The notes beneath the pieces are model-generated. The model was given only the letters and a program-made list of their open reading frames with translations. It did not search any database and was not told where the DNA came from. The translations under genes and the position numbers were made by a program. This document shows, piece by piece, positions 38,236 through 51,559 of a DNA stretch of 64,000 bases (the stretch's first letter is position 1; every line of letters begins with the position of its first letter). Origin of the DNA: Mobula hypostoma (lineage: Eukaryota); NCBI RefSeq assembly GCF_963921235.1, contig NC_086097.1:100442001-100506000 (forward strand). The letters are read 5' to 3'.

Positions 38236-39354
38236 CTATTTAAAAAAAAATTCTCTCCACGTTCCCATCAATTCCACCCAGAATCTACCCTTCACCTCGG
38301 GGTCAGTTAATCCATGAACCCACACATGTTGTATGTGAAAGGAAACTGGAGCACAGGTGGGTAATCCACAGGGTCCCAGGGAGAGGGTCCAAACTCTACA
38401 TAGTCAGCATTGGAGATCAGGATCATACTCGGACCTCTGGAGCTGGGAGGTAATGGCACTACCAGTTGTACCACAGTCCTCTCTAGCGATGATGCCTGGA
38501 AGGGCAGAGGGAGTGTTGAACGCTCAGCTAGTAGCTGCAGTGGGCTCCAGTGTAGTGGTGCTGGTTAGTGGAATTACTGCTGCCTGTCACCAGAATAATG
38601 CGTTGAAATTCAGTGACAGTCAGTGGTGGTGAGCTCTGGCAAGGGTAGGAACTGTCATCAGGGGGAGGAAAGTTAGTTGTTGGACAATTAATGGCTTTCT
38701 GTCAGTCTGGCAATAGTCCGGTACCTGCACTGGATGTGACAGAACACTTTTGTTTAGTTAGTATGGCCGGACACCTGCTTGATGTGTCTTTCTGAATCCA
38801 GCCAGTTACCTCTACCAGTACTGCTCCATCCCCTTTTACCTGAGCTCTCAGCATGACTCCTACTTACCTTTTCATTATCTACTCTTCCCAAATCCACCCT
38901 GTCCATTGCCCTTCTCTGCCCATCCCACTGTCCGTACCATTCAGTTGGCATTGGGAGTGCTGCTCCTCAGCCTCTTGTAGGTATTCTGGCTGGACCTTCA
39001 AACGCTTACCTGGAGGAGTATTTTCAATGTTCCTGGCTTCTAGCTCTGGAATATCAATATATTGCAAAAAGCCTTTGCAACTTCAAGTGGAAAGGAACAT
39101 TATTCATCATTTATAATCCTCCTAATGCTCAAACGTTCTCATCTCTATAAGCTTTGGGCAGGCTCCATGGCAGCCAATAATAATAAAGCAACTCTCTGAT
39201 TTTCAGAAATTCCATTGTGGAGAACTTCCGTTCTGTAGCTAAGCTCAGTGCCAGCCAATGACTTCACTGTCCAGCCCAAGCTCTGCGAGAGAACAGGTCC
39301 TTCCCCCGATCACCACTGACTCAGTGTCTAGACCAAAGGGTGTGGCAGGCTCAC

Positions 39355-39462
39355 CATGGTGCCCCTTTTTCTCCGATCTTGGCAATGGGACAAGTCAGAC
39401 AGCTGTTTTAACCGCAGTAGTTCTTTGATTTCAAGGCAGTTTCTTCCTCTACAGTACCAAGA
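39355..39462 (-). CDS. Candidate internal exon (SWYCRGRNCLEIKELLRLKQLSDLSHCQDRRKRGTM)
   Basis: T-rich acceptor, donor ATG|GTGAGC; 108 nt, phase 0 to 0; only one frame is open. Confidence 0.4.
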
Positions 39463-39679
39463 CTTCATTTACAAAACAAAACACACCAGAACATTTCTTT
39501 GGCTTAAGAGTTATGATTAATGAGAGCCAGAGAAATTCTTCACACTGCGGGCGTAACAAGTTTGATTAAACTGGGAGAGAATGAGGATAATAAGTGAAAT
39601 GAGAATGGTGCCAAGTGCCTAACCATCAGTGACCCTGCAGTGTTGAACAGTAACGGCTCACTGCAGCTGTATCACAGCA

Positions 39680-42125
39680 AGTGGGCGAGGTACTAAATGA
39701 GTCTTTCTCGTTGGTATTCACCAAGCAGAAGGACAAAAGGAACACTGAGATCAGGGAGGATTAATGCTGATAATCTAGGGGATGTTGAGATCAAGAAGTA
39801 ATATATGTTGGGTCTGTTGAAGAATATTAAGTTGGATAAGTCCTTATGGGAATTATACCAGGCCATTGAGAGAGAAAGGCGAGGAGATTACTGAGGCCTT
39901 GATTACTGAGCTCCTTGTATCCTCTCCAGCTACAGGTAAGGTCCCAGAGGACTGAGGAATGCTTTTCCTTTTTTTTTTAAGAAGGGCAATAGGAATAATT
40001 CAGGAAATTATAGACCAGTGAGCCTAACAGCAATGGTGGGGAATTTATTGGAGAGGATTCTTAGGGATAGAATTTGAGATCATTAGGAAAAGCATAACCT
40101 TATGAAGGACTGTCAGCATGGCTTAGTGCAGGCAGGCCATGTCCGACTAATGGCCGAGGGTTTTGAGAAGGTGACTAAGATATTGATGAGGATAGAGCTG
40201 TGGATGTTGTCTACAGAGATTTTGGTCAAGCATTTGACGAGATCCCATATAGTAAGCTGATCCAGAAGATAAAGACACATGGGATTCATGGTGACTTGGT
40301 AGATTGGATTCAAAATTTCAAACTTGCCTTGGCCATCAAAGACAATGTGCAGTGGTGGAAGGGTGTTATTCTGGCTGGAGGTGTGTGACTACTGGTGATC
40401 TGATCTGCAGGAATCAGTGCTGGGTCCTCTTGTTGATTATATACATATATATAGAAATGGCTTGGGCAGAAATATAGATGGGCTGATTAGTATGTTTGCA
40501 GATACACAAAAATTGCTGAAGTTGTGAATAATGAAGAAGGTTGTCAAAGGATAGGGCATGATATACTGTAGATCATTTCCAGATATGGGAGGAGAAATGG
40601 CAGATGGAGTTTAATCTGAGCAACTGTGAGCTGTTGCACTTTTAGAGGTCAAATGGAGGTGAAATGTAGACAATTAATGGCAGGATCCTAAAGAGTCCTG
40701 TATCAATTGTTTTGTGACAATAAAGTATAAAGTATAAGTGTAAGTATAAGTATTTGCATCTCGGCATCCTGCTCAATAGATCCTTGAAAGTAGTGACACG
40801 TGTAGATAGGGTGGTAGAGGAGGCATGTGGCAATCCTGCCTTCATCAATTGGGGCATTGAACATTACAGTTGGCAAATCATTTTGCAGCCATATAAAGCC
40901 TTGGTTAGGCCTCATCTGGAGTATCATGGTTGCCCCATTATAGGAGGAGGTGGAGGCTTTGGAGGGGGTTAGCCAGGATTAGAATTTAAACTATCAGGAG
41001 AGGTCGGACAGACTTGGATATTTTCTCTGGAGTGTTGGAGGCTGAGGGCAGACCTGTTGGGTGTGTATTAAATTAAGAGAGGCACTGATAAGGTCAATAG
41101 TCAGACTATTTTTCCGAGGGTAGAAATGTTTCATACTAGAGGGAATAGCTTTAAGGTGAGAGGGGAAAGTTTAAGGGAGATATGTGGGGTAACACTTTTA
41201 CACAGAGAGTGACAGATGCCTGGAACAGGCTGTCAGATATAATAGCAGAGACATTTAGACAGATACATGAACATAAAGGGAATGGAGGGATACGGACTAT
41301 GTGCAACACATGGGTTTAGATTCATTGGCATCAAGAACATATAAGAAAAAGAGGCAGGAGTCGGCCATCTGGCCCTTCAAGCCTGCTCTGCCGTTCAATA
41401 AGATCATAGCTGATCTAACCATAGACCATGGACTCAGCCCCATAACCCTCAATTCCCCCACCACCATGCAAAAATCTATCTAACTGGGTCTTAAATATAT
41501 TTAATGAGGCAGCCTCTGCTGCTTCCCTGGGGAGAGAATTCCACAGATTCACTCCTCTCCAGGAAAAGGCAGTCTGGCCTCATCTCCTTCCTAAACCTAC
41601 TCCGCAGAATCTTGAGTCCATGTCCACTAGTTCTAGTTTCACTTAACAGTGGGAACAACTTTCATGCCTCAGCAAGTTGGAATGTTTTCACTGCGTGTTG
41701 GAGAATGAGGGGTGACCTTGTGGAGGTGTATAAAATCATGAGGGCATAGACAGGGTGAATGTGCACAGTTCCCCCACCCCGGGTTAGGGAATCCAGACAA
41801 GAGGGTGTAGGTTTATGGTACCTGAGAGAGGTCAGTAAATGGAGCAAGCTGCCAGAGGAAATGATTGAGGCAGATATATTAACATTTTAAAAGCACCTGG
41901 ACAAATCCATGAATTGGAAAAGTTTAGAGAAGGAGTTCCCAACCTGGATTCTACTGTACCCTCAGGTCGTGGTAAGGGTCCATGGCATAACAAAGGTTGG
42001 GAACTACTGATTTAGAAGAATATGTACCAAAGGTATGTTGATGACACTAGCTTAGTGACGAGTCTTTGTCAGCATGGAGCAGTCGGGCCGAGGGACCCTT
42101 GCCATGGTGTATGACTGACTCTATG
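39680..42125 (+). mobile_element. Cluster of heavily decayed CR1 fragments, including a minus-strand CR1 3' end at ~41335-41660
   Basis: GNYRPVSLT, VDVVYRDFGQAFDEIP and YKALVRPHLEY remnants. Confidence 0.7.
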
Positions 42126-42529
42126 AATCTGTCTTTCATCATTTCATATGTTTCTATAATACTCCCCCTGCTCTCTGAACTCCAGATATGTTCAATGTGC
42201 TGTCCAACCATACTGGAGGCCAACACAAATCAACTTCCTTTCTTCCTGCCAAGAAAATTGTTAGCAAAATAAAGCTCTTGGACAATTTCCACAGTCTGAA
42301 TCAAACATGATGTTGCTGCAGAAACAGGAAGGAGGATAAGGCCATTCAGACCCTCCAATCCCTGCTACAATTCAAGTGGCTGGGCACCATATTTCTTTGG
42401 CTTACTTTTTTTCCCCAACTCTGACACCTGTCTGCTTCCTGACCTGCCAAACAGTTCCACACTTTTCTCGCTTTATTTCAGACTTATAGCATCTTCAGAG
42501 CTTCGCTTTTGTAAAATCCACCCCATCTC

Positions 42530-45080
42530 AGACTTGCAGGCAGAACAAATGCCACACCTGCCCCTACACCTCCTCCCTCACTACCATTCAGGGCCCCAAA
42601 CAGTCCTCCCAGGCGAGGAAACACTTCACCTGTGAGTCTGTTGGGGTTAGATACGATATCTGGTGCTCCCAGTGTGGCCTCCTGTATATTAGTGACAGCT
42701 GACGTGGATCGGGAGACTGCTTCAACAAGCACCTACGCTCCATCCACCAGAAAAAAATGAGATCTCCCAGTAGCCACCCATTTCAATTCTACTTCCTATT
42801 TCTATTCTGACATGTCAGTCAATGGCCTCCTCTACTGCTGCTATGAGCCCACACTCAGGTTGGAGGAGCAACACCTCATATTCTGTCTGGGTGGCCTCCA
42901 GCCTGATGGCATGAACATCGATTTCTCTAAATTCAGGTAATGGACCACCCCCCCCCCCCATCTTCGCTATTCACTGTTACTGTTTCCCTCCCTCTCCTTA
43001 TCTCCTTACCTGCCCATCTCCTCCCTTTGGTGCTCCTCCCCTTTCCCTTTCTTCCATGGCCTTCTGTCCTCCCCCAACCAAGGTGGAGCAAGGACATGGC
43101 AGGCCAATTGAATAATTACTTTGGTTCTGTCTTCACTAAGGAGGACATAAATAATCTTCCGGAAATAGTAGGGGTCAGAGATGGAGTGAGATGGAGGAAC
43201 TGAGGGAAATACATGTTAGTAGGGAAGTGGTGTTAGGTAAATTGAAGGGATTAAAGGCAGATAAATCCCCAGGGCCAGATGGTCTGCATCCCAGAGTGCT
43301 TAAGGAAGTAGCCGAAGAAATAGTGGATGCATTAGTGATAATTTTTCAAAACTCTTTAGTTTCTGGACTAGTTCCTGAGGATTGGAGGGTGGCTAATGTA
43401 ACCCCACTTTTTAAAAAAGGAGGGAGAGAGAAACCAGGGAATTATAGACCGGTTAGCCTAACATCGGTGGTGGGGAAACTGCTGGAGTCAGTTATCAAGG
43501 ATGTGATAACAGCACATTTGGAAAGCGGTGAAATCATCGGACAAAGTCAGCATGGATTTGTGAAAGGAAAATCATGTCTGACGAATCTCATAGAATTTTT
43601 TGAGGATGTAACTAGTAGAGTGGATAGGGGAGAACCAGTGGATGTGGTACATTTGGATTTTCAAAAGGCTTTTGACAAGGTCCCACACAGGAGATTAGTG
43701 TGCAAATTTAAAGCACACGATATTGGGGGTAAGGTATTGATGTGGATAGAGAATTGGTTGGCAAACAGGTAGCAAAGAGTGGGAATAAATGGGACCTTTT
43801 CAGAATGGCAGGCAGTGACTAGTGGGGTACCGCAAGGCTCAGTGCTGGGACCCCAGTTGTTTACAATATATATTAATGACTTAGATGAGGGAATTAAATG
43901 CAGCATCTCCAAGTTTGTGGATGACAGGAAGCTGGGCAGCAGTGTTAGCTGTGAGGAGGATGCTAAGAGGATGCAGGGTGACTTGGATAGGTTAGGTGAG
44001 TGGGCAAATTCATGGCAGATGCAATTTAACGTGGTTAAGTGTGAGGCTATCCACTTTGGTGGCAAAAACAGGAAAACAGATTATTATCTAAATGGTGGCC
44101 GATTAGGAAAAGGGGAGGTGCAACGAGACCTGGGTGTCATTATACACCAGTCATTGAAAGTGGGCATGCAGGTACAGCAGGCGGTGAAAAAGGTGAATGG
44201 TATGCTGGCATTCATAGCAAGAGGATTCAAGTACAGGAGCAGGGAGGTACTACTGCAGTTGTACAAGGCCTTGGTGAGACCACACCTGGAGTATTGTGTG
44301 CAGTTTTGGTCCCCTAATCTGAGGAAAGACATCCTTGCAATAGAGGGAGTACGAAGAAGGTTCACCAGATTGATTCCTGGCATGGCAGGACTTTCATATG
44401 ATGAAAGACTGGATGAACTAGGCTTATACTCGTTAGAATTTAGAAGATTGAGGGGGGATCTGATTGAAATGTATAAAATCCTAAAGGGATTGAACAGGCT
44501 AGATGCAGGAAGATTGTTCCCGATGTTGGGGAAGTCCAGAACGAGGGGTCACAGTTTGAGGATAAAGGGGAAGCCTTTTAGGACCGAGATTAGGAAAAAC
44601 TTCTTCACACAGAGAGTGGTGAATCTGTGGAATTCTCTGCCACAGGAAACAGTTGAGACCAGTTCATTGGCTATATTTAAGAGGGAGTTAGATATGGCCC
44701 TTGTGGCTAAAGGGATCAGGGGATATGGAGGGAAGGCTGGTGCAGGGTCCTGAGTTGGATGATCAGCCATGATCATACTGAATGGCGGTGCAGGCTCGAA
44801 GGGCCGAATGGCCTACTCCTGCACCTATTTTCTATGTTTCTATGTTAACCCTTCTCCAGTCCTGTATCTCCTTCACCAATCAACTTTCCTGCTCTTTACT
44901 TCACTTTCTCCCCCCTCCTGCTTTCACCTATCACCTACCACCTTGTACTTCTTCCTCCCCTCCCCCATCTTCTCCTCTTTCTTTCTAGTCCCAATGAAGG
45001 GTTTCGGCCCAAAACTTTTGACTGTTTATTCTTTTCCATAGATGCTGCCTGGCCCCCAACATTTTGTGTGTGTTGCCCTG
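42530..45080 (+). mobile_element. Penelope-like element 3' fragment (GIY-YIG), split by a CR1 insertion
   Basis: FTCESVGV...CSQCGLLYI...PVATHFNS...LRLEEQHLIFCLGGLQPDGMNIDFS at ~42625-42930; the pseudo-LTR resumes at ~44848-45078. Confidence 0.75.
43095..44845 (+). mobile_element. CR1 LINE, 5'-truncated, near-intact RT region
   Basis: ORFs 43191-43772 and 43779-44753 are in the same frame, separated by one TAG; KSPGPDGLHPRVLKE, GVPQGSVLGP, KFVDD; (TTTCTATG)n tail. Confidence 0.95.
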
Positions 45081-45519
45081 CTGGACTTGGATGGTCTAGT
45101 TGGCTGACAGCACTCCTGGGAGAAGTCTCTGGTTATTAATTCAGTCCTGAGCAGCCTAATTCCATAGTACAACCCACGAACACTACCTCAATACTTATTC
45201 TCTCTTTTTGCACTACTTATTTAATGTAAGTTTTAATTATATTAATTTCTTGTTGTAATTAATAGTATTTTTACGTATTGCACTGTGCTGCCACCACAAG
45301 AAACATATTTCACAACTATACTGTGCAATATCTGAGGCACATACATATAGACTTTTGCACTGTTCTGTATGTCAGTGATAGTAAACCTGATTCTAATATC
45401 TTGTTATGTTTAATTCCTTTATAGTTTCTCTAGGCCTACTGATTTACTTGCTTTTAATATTTTAAGTGAAATGTCTCATCTATCCTTAATCAGAAATTGA
45501 TGAAACCTGTCCTCATAAC

Positions 45520-47142
45520 GTCTCAGGGAACAGAATTAGGTACAGACAAGATTTCTAGAGAGAAAGTGCTTGGGAAGCTAAATGGACTAAGAATAGATAT
45601 GTCTTCCAGACCGGATGAGGTGCACCCATGGGTTCTGAAGGAGGCATTGGAAATGATCTTCCAAGAATCAATAGACTCTGGCATGGTTCCGGAGGATTGG
45701 AAGGTTGCAATGTAGTTCCGCTGTTTAAGAAAGAAGGGAGGCAGCAAAAAGAAAATTACAGACCTATTAGTCTGACATCGGTAGTTGGAAAGTTATTGGA
45801 GTCGATCCTCAAGGACGAGGTTATGAAATACCTCGAGGTGCATGACAAGATAGGCCCAAGCCAGCATGGTTTCATGAAGGGAAGATCCTGCCTTACCAAC
45901 CTATTGGAATTTTTTGAGGTAATCTCGAATAAGATTGATAAGGGAGAGGCTGTGGATGTTGTGTATTTAGATTTTCAAAAGGCCTTTGATAAGGTGCCGC
46001 ATATGAGGCTGCTTAATAAGATGAGAGCCCATGGAATTACAGGAAAGATATTGGAATGGGTGGAGCATTGGGTGATAGGCAGAAAGCAAAGGGTGGGAAT
46101 AAAGGGATCCTATTCTGATTGGTTGCCGGTTACTAGTGGTGTTCCGCAGGGGTCGGTGTTGGGGCTGCTTCTTTTTACAATGTATATCGATGATTTAGAT
46201 TATGGATTAAATGGTTTTGTGGCTAAGTTTGCAGATGACACCAAGATAGGTGGAGGAGCAGGAAGTGTTGAAGAAATGGAAAGGTTGCAGAGATTTGGTC
46301 AGTTTAGGAGAGTGGCGAAGAAATGGCAGATGAGATACAAAGTTGAGAAATATACGGTTGTACAGTTTGGAAGAAGAAATAATCGGGCAGATTATTATTT
46401 AGATGGGGAGAAAATGCAAAAATCGGAAGTGCAAAGGGACTTGGGAGTCCTCGTGCAGGATACTCTAAAGGTTAACTACCAGTTTGGATCAGCAGTAAGG
46501 AAAGCGAATGGCATTCATTTCAAGAGGAATAGTGTGTAAGAGTAAGGAGGTGTTGATGAGGCTCTATGGGGCACTGGCGAGACCTCATTTGGAATACTGT
46601 GTGCAGTTTTGGGGCCCCTATCTTAGAAGGAATGTACTGATGTTGGAGAGAGTTCAGAGAAGATTTACGAGGATGATTCCTGGAATGCAGGGGCTAACAT
46701 ATGAGGAGCGTTTGTCGGCTCTTGGACAGTATTCATTACAGTATAGAAGAATGAGAGGGGATCTCATAGAAACATTTCGAATGTTAAAAGGGTTGGACAG
46801 ATTAGATGTGGAAAGGCTGTTTCCCTTGGTGGGTGAGTCCAGGACAAGGGGTCACAGTCTTAGAATTAGAGGGTACCCATTTAAAACAGAGATGAGGAGA
46901 AATTTTTTTAGCCAGAGGGTCATGGATTTGTGGAATTCGTTGCCACATACAGCTGTAGAGGCCTGATCATTGAGGGTGTTTAAGGAGGAGATTGATAGGT
47001 ATCTAATTAGTCAGGCTATCAAGGGATATGGGGAAAAAGCTGGAAATTGGAACTAGATGGGAGAATAGTTTAGCTCATGGTGGAGTGGCAGAGCAGACTC
47101 GATGGGCCGAATGGCCGACTTCTCCTTTGTCTTGTGATCTTG
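45520..47142 (+). mobile_element. CR1 LINE, 5'-truncated and frameshifted
   Basis: NYRPISLTSVVGK, YLDFQKAFDKVPH, KFADDTKIGG, RPHLEYCVQFW. Confidence 0.92.
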
Positions 47143-47384
47143 TGAAGGTGAAGCTGCTGACCCCTGGTCTCAATCCCTGAGGAAAGGATGTGTGTAGTGT
47201 GTGAATGCAGGACCTTGGGAATGTGGAGAGGTTGGAGGGTGGGGAGAGAGGGAAGGAACCCAATCCGAGGCACCTGGCAGGGAGTGCCCAGTGACAAGGC
47301 CGTCTCTCCTTTCTGATCTTAAGGGACTGACTTTGGACACAGGTGGTCTGGGTGGAAAATGATCTGGTACTGTACCACACTTAC

Positions 47385-47464
47385 ACAACTGACCAGGAGC
47401 CAGAGGGACTCATGAAAATCTGGCCAGAATCCAATCCTAATTTCTTCTCGTGCCTTCAAAAACT
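47385..47464 (-). CDS. Candidate internal exon (EFLKAREEIRIGFWPDFHESLWLLVSC)
   Basis: Acceptor aatttctcag, donor GTAAGT; phase 1 to 0. Confidence 0.35.
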
Positions 47465-47854
47465 CTGAGAAATTTACTTGGCGTAAGAAATATTTGATGA
47501 CCATTTACTAGTTGTTTGAATGAACTGCTTTGGATGTAGTGGGAGAGAGGGCAAGAATGTTACACTTCACTGCAGACAAATCACTGAAGCAGAACAAACA
47601 GCTCTGTTTTCCTGATTAACTGTCCAGCTGCTGCTTGCAGCAACGGGCTTGTGAGGCACCAGGAATATTCCTGCAGCCCCTTCACTACAAGGGTGTGGAG
47701 AATGGGAGCACGACGCTCTATGAAGGGCCAAAATCTCAGGGGAACCTCTCAGAGCTGGGGTCAGAAAGGCTGCACCACCAGACCTAACCGCTGATCAGCT
47801 ATGGTTGTAAGGGTGCAGTTTTCTTGTTGAAATACCTGGTCCTCATGCGAATAG

Positions 47855-49420
47855 GAAAGGTCCCGCAAGGGAGGTTGATAAAGAAGGTGTAGCCGCCCGG
47901 CATTCAGGATGAGGTAGTAAATTGGATTAGACATTGGCTGTGTGGGAGAAGCCAGAGAGTGGTAGCAGATGGTTGCCTCTCTGACTGGAGGCCTGTGACT
48001 AGTGGAATGCTGCTAGGGTCAGTGTTGGGTCCTTTCTTGTTTGTCAGCAAAATATCAATGATCTGGATGATTATGTGGTTAATGAATGAACAAATTTGTG
48101 GATTGCACCAAGACAGTGTGTAGTGGGCCATGAGGAAGGCTATCATGGCTTGCCGGGGATCTGTATCAGTTGGAAAAATGGGCTGAAAAATGGCAGGTGG
48201 AATTTAATACCGACAACTGCAAGGTTTTGCACTTCGGTAGGACCAACCAGAGTAGGTCTTACACAGTGAACGGTAGAGCACTGAGGAGTGTGGTAGAACA
48301 AAGGGATCCGGGAATACAGGTCCATAATTCATTGAAAATGGTATCACAGATAGATAGGGTCATAAACAAAGCTTTTGGCACACTGGCCTTCATAAATCAA
48401 TGTAGTGAGTACAGAAGGATGGGATGTTATGTTGAAGTTGTACACTATGTTGGTGAGGCCTAATCTAGAGGATTGTGTGCAGTTTTGGTCACCCACCTAC
48501 AGGAAAGATGTAAACAAGGTTGGAAGAGTACAGAGAAAATTTACAAGGGTGTTGCTGGGACTGGAGGACTTGAGTTATAAGGAAAGGTTGAATAAGTTAA
48601 GGTTGTATTCTTTAGAAAGTAGAGACTGTGAGGAGATTTGATAGAAACATAGAACCGTAGAACAATACAACACAGAAACAGGCCTTTTGGCCCTTCTTGG
48701 CTGTGCGGAACCACTTTTCTGCCTAGTCCCACTGACCTGCACCTGGACCATATCCCTCCATACACCTCTCATCCAAGTACCTGTCCAAATTTTTCTTAAA
48801 TGTTAAAAGTGAGCCCGCATTTACCACTTTATCTGGCAGCTCATTCCACACTCTCACCACTCTCTGTGTGAAGAAGCCCCCCCCAATGTTCCCTTTAAAC
48901 TTTTCCCCCCTCACCCTTAACCCATGTCCTCTGTATTTTTTTCTCCCCTTGCCTCAGTGGAAAAAGCCTGCTCGCATTCACTCTATCTATACCCCTCATA
49001 ATTTTATATACCTCCATCAAATTTCCCCTCATTCTTCTACGCTCCAGGGAATAAAGTCCTAACCAGTATACAAAATTTTGAGGAGTATTGAAAAGGTAAA
49101 TGCAAACAGGCTTTTTCCACTGGGGTTGAGTGGGACTACAACCAGAGGTCATGGGTTAAGGGTTGAAAGGTGAGAAATTTAAGAGGAACATGAGGGGAAA
49201 CTTCTTCACTCAGAGAGTTTGAGAGTGCTTCTATAAATACAGCATATATGGTGCAAGCAAGCTCAATTTCAATATTTAAGAGAAGTTTAGACAGGTACAT
49301 GGATGGTAGGGGTATGGAGGGCTGTGGTTCCAGTGCAGGTCGATGAGAGTAGTCAGCTTAAATGGTTTCAGCATGGACTAGATGGGCCAAAGGGCCTGTT
49401 TCTCACTTCTCTATGATTCT
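47855..49420 (+). mobile_element. Decayed CR1 with a nested minus-strand CR1 3' end (~48645-49065)
   Basis: EKWAEKWQVEFN, LVRPNLEDCVQFWSP; inverted insert reading LGLYSLERRRMRGNL. Confidence 0.85.
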
Positions 49421-51559
49421 CTATCCCAGTGGACTCTTCAAAGAAACAAGTAAGAAATCCAAATACAGACTTTCCAAAAGTATTTTAAGGGGACTAATCT
49501 GTCCACGAGTTGAGTCCAAGCTCACACGCCACACTAACTGGGAGTTATGACACCTGCTCTTTCAACATTGCTGGGTCTAGATAAACCTAGCAAGACTGTG
49601 TAAGCCCCTGCAATAGAAGAGCTGCAGTGGCTCAAAGAAGTGGGGAGGGTCACTCCCACCTTCCCACAGGCAACTAAGGATGGGCAATAAATGCTGGTCT
49701 TGTCAGTTACTCCCTAACCCCTAACAAGGGAGTGAGGGGTTAGGGAGACCAGCACTAAGTGAGAGAGGGTTGGACAACAGGGGAGACAGTTTTGGAGCTG
49801 TGTGAGGCGTCAGGGGTCAGGGACAGTGAATGTTGCTGAGGGTCGAAGTGAAGGCTCAGTGACCAGTGTAAGAAAGGTGGTTGCCAGGCCGGATCTGAAC
49901 TGGGGTTGTTACAGCAGAGCTTGGTATCTCTAACCCGAAGACTACCATCAGAGACGTAGACGTAGACTAGGTGGACCCAGGTGCAGAGGAGACCAGAGAC
50001 GAGGATGGGGCTGAATGAAGAATCTTTACTCGTGGATTTGTTCATATGGAGCACATAGGCTGGGACTCAGGAATCACTGCACACAGGGTAGGTAAACTCA
50101 AAACTGAGCAAAAACAAACAAACAGAGAGAACTAAAAGGGAGAATAAAACATGGCACCAGTGCACTGATAACTAAAACAAGACACAGATGAAAATAATCA
50201 ACTGATTATCAAGGGAACAGGAGTGCTGGAGCTTGGGGGACTCTGGCTCCCTCTGGTGATCGGACTGTTGCATGACAGGACCCCTCCCCCCACAACCAGG
50301 ATCTGACGGCCCAAGGTGATCTGGGTGGCAGCGGTGGAAGTCTCTGATCAGGTCCGGGTCCAGGATGTCACAGGAGGGATTCCACGACCTTCCCACAGGA
50401 CCTCAACCCTGCCCAACCACCATGTACTGGAGACGGCCACGAATGAGACGGGAGCCCAAAAGCCGATGATGGTGTACGCTGGCTGAGTGTTGATGATGTG
50501 AAGAGCCAGGGATGGTCTCAGTGGACTGCACAGAACAGGAGACACGGAAGGTGGGGTTGATATTCATGGCATGAGGCAACTGGAGATGGTAAGTGACTGG
50601 GCTGATCCCACAAAGAAACTTGAGCATTCGGATGTGGCATGGGGTCGGTTTCCGAGACTCAACCAACAGAAGAAGGTCACTGGTGGAGAGTCAGGATGGA
50701 ACAAAGGTCCCAGCCGCCCTCAACGGTTGGAATGTCACTGTTGTTGCCAACAGGCCTTCAGCAAGGCTCCCCAAGCTTTCTTCCTCTTATGGAACAGTTG
50801 TTCAGCAGGTGGGACTCTCACCTCGGACTCCGGCTCGGGAAACAGAGGAGGTGGATAACCAGACTGGCACTCAAAGGAAGACATTCCCATAGGAGTATGG
50901 TGCAGAATGTTATGGGCAAACTCTCCCCAGAGCAGATCATCACTTGCCCGACACAGGGCAGCTCAGCATCTGGTTGGTCCTCTCCATTTGCCCATTGGAC
51001 TGGGGGTGAAATCCTGACGAGAGGCTGATCACAGCTCCAATGAGCTGACAGAAGGCCTTCAAGAGCCAGGAGGAAAACTTAGGGCCTCAGTCAGAAACAA
51101 TGCCCCAGAGAAAGCCAGGCACTCTAAACATGTTTTGTAGTATAAAGTTGGCCATCTCCTGAGCTGAGGGAAGCTTAGGTAGGGGCACAAAGTGGGAGGT
51201 CTTGGAGAACTAGTTCACCACCACCATAATTATTGTGTTACACTGCAAACTGGTGGTGAAATCCATGGAGAAATGGGACAAGGAATGGGAAGGAATAGGC
51301 AGTGGGTGTAGCAGCACTGGTGGATGTGATTTGGGTTCCTTGTTTTGGGCGCAGATGTGACAGGCTGCCACATATGATTTAACATCCCGATACATGCCAT
51401 CATGCCTGGTCACCAGGACTGCCTCTTGAGGAAGTCCGCTGTTTGAGCATCCCCGAAACGTCCTGCGATATGTAATGTGTGTCTCCACTGTAATACATTT
51501 GAAAGGACAGTATTAGGGACGAGAAAAAGGTGACCCATTTTAACAACCCAGGTTCAGAT

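Noticed and set aside
38868..39075. Exon encoding YIDIPELEARNIENTPPGKRLK
   Set aside because: Two good donors are present, but no acceptor and frame combination fits the phases of the neighbouring candidate exons; left unassigned.
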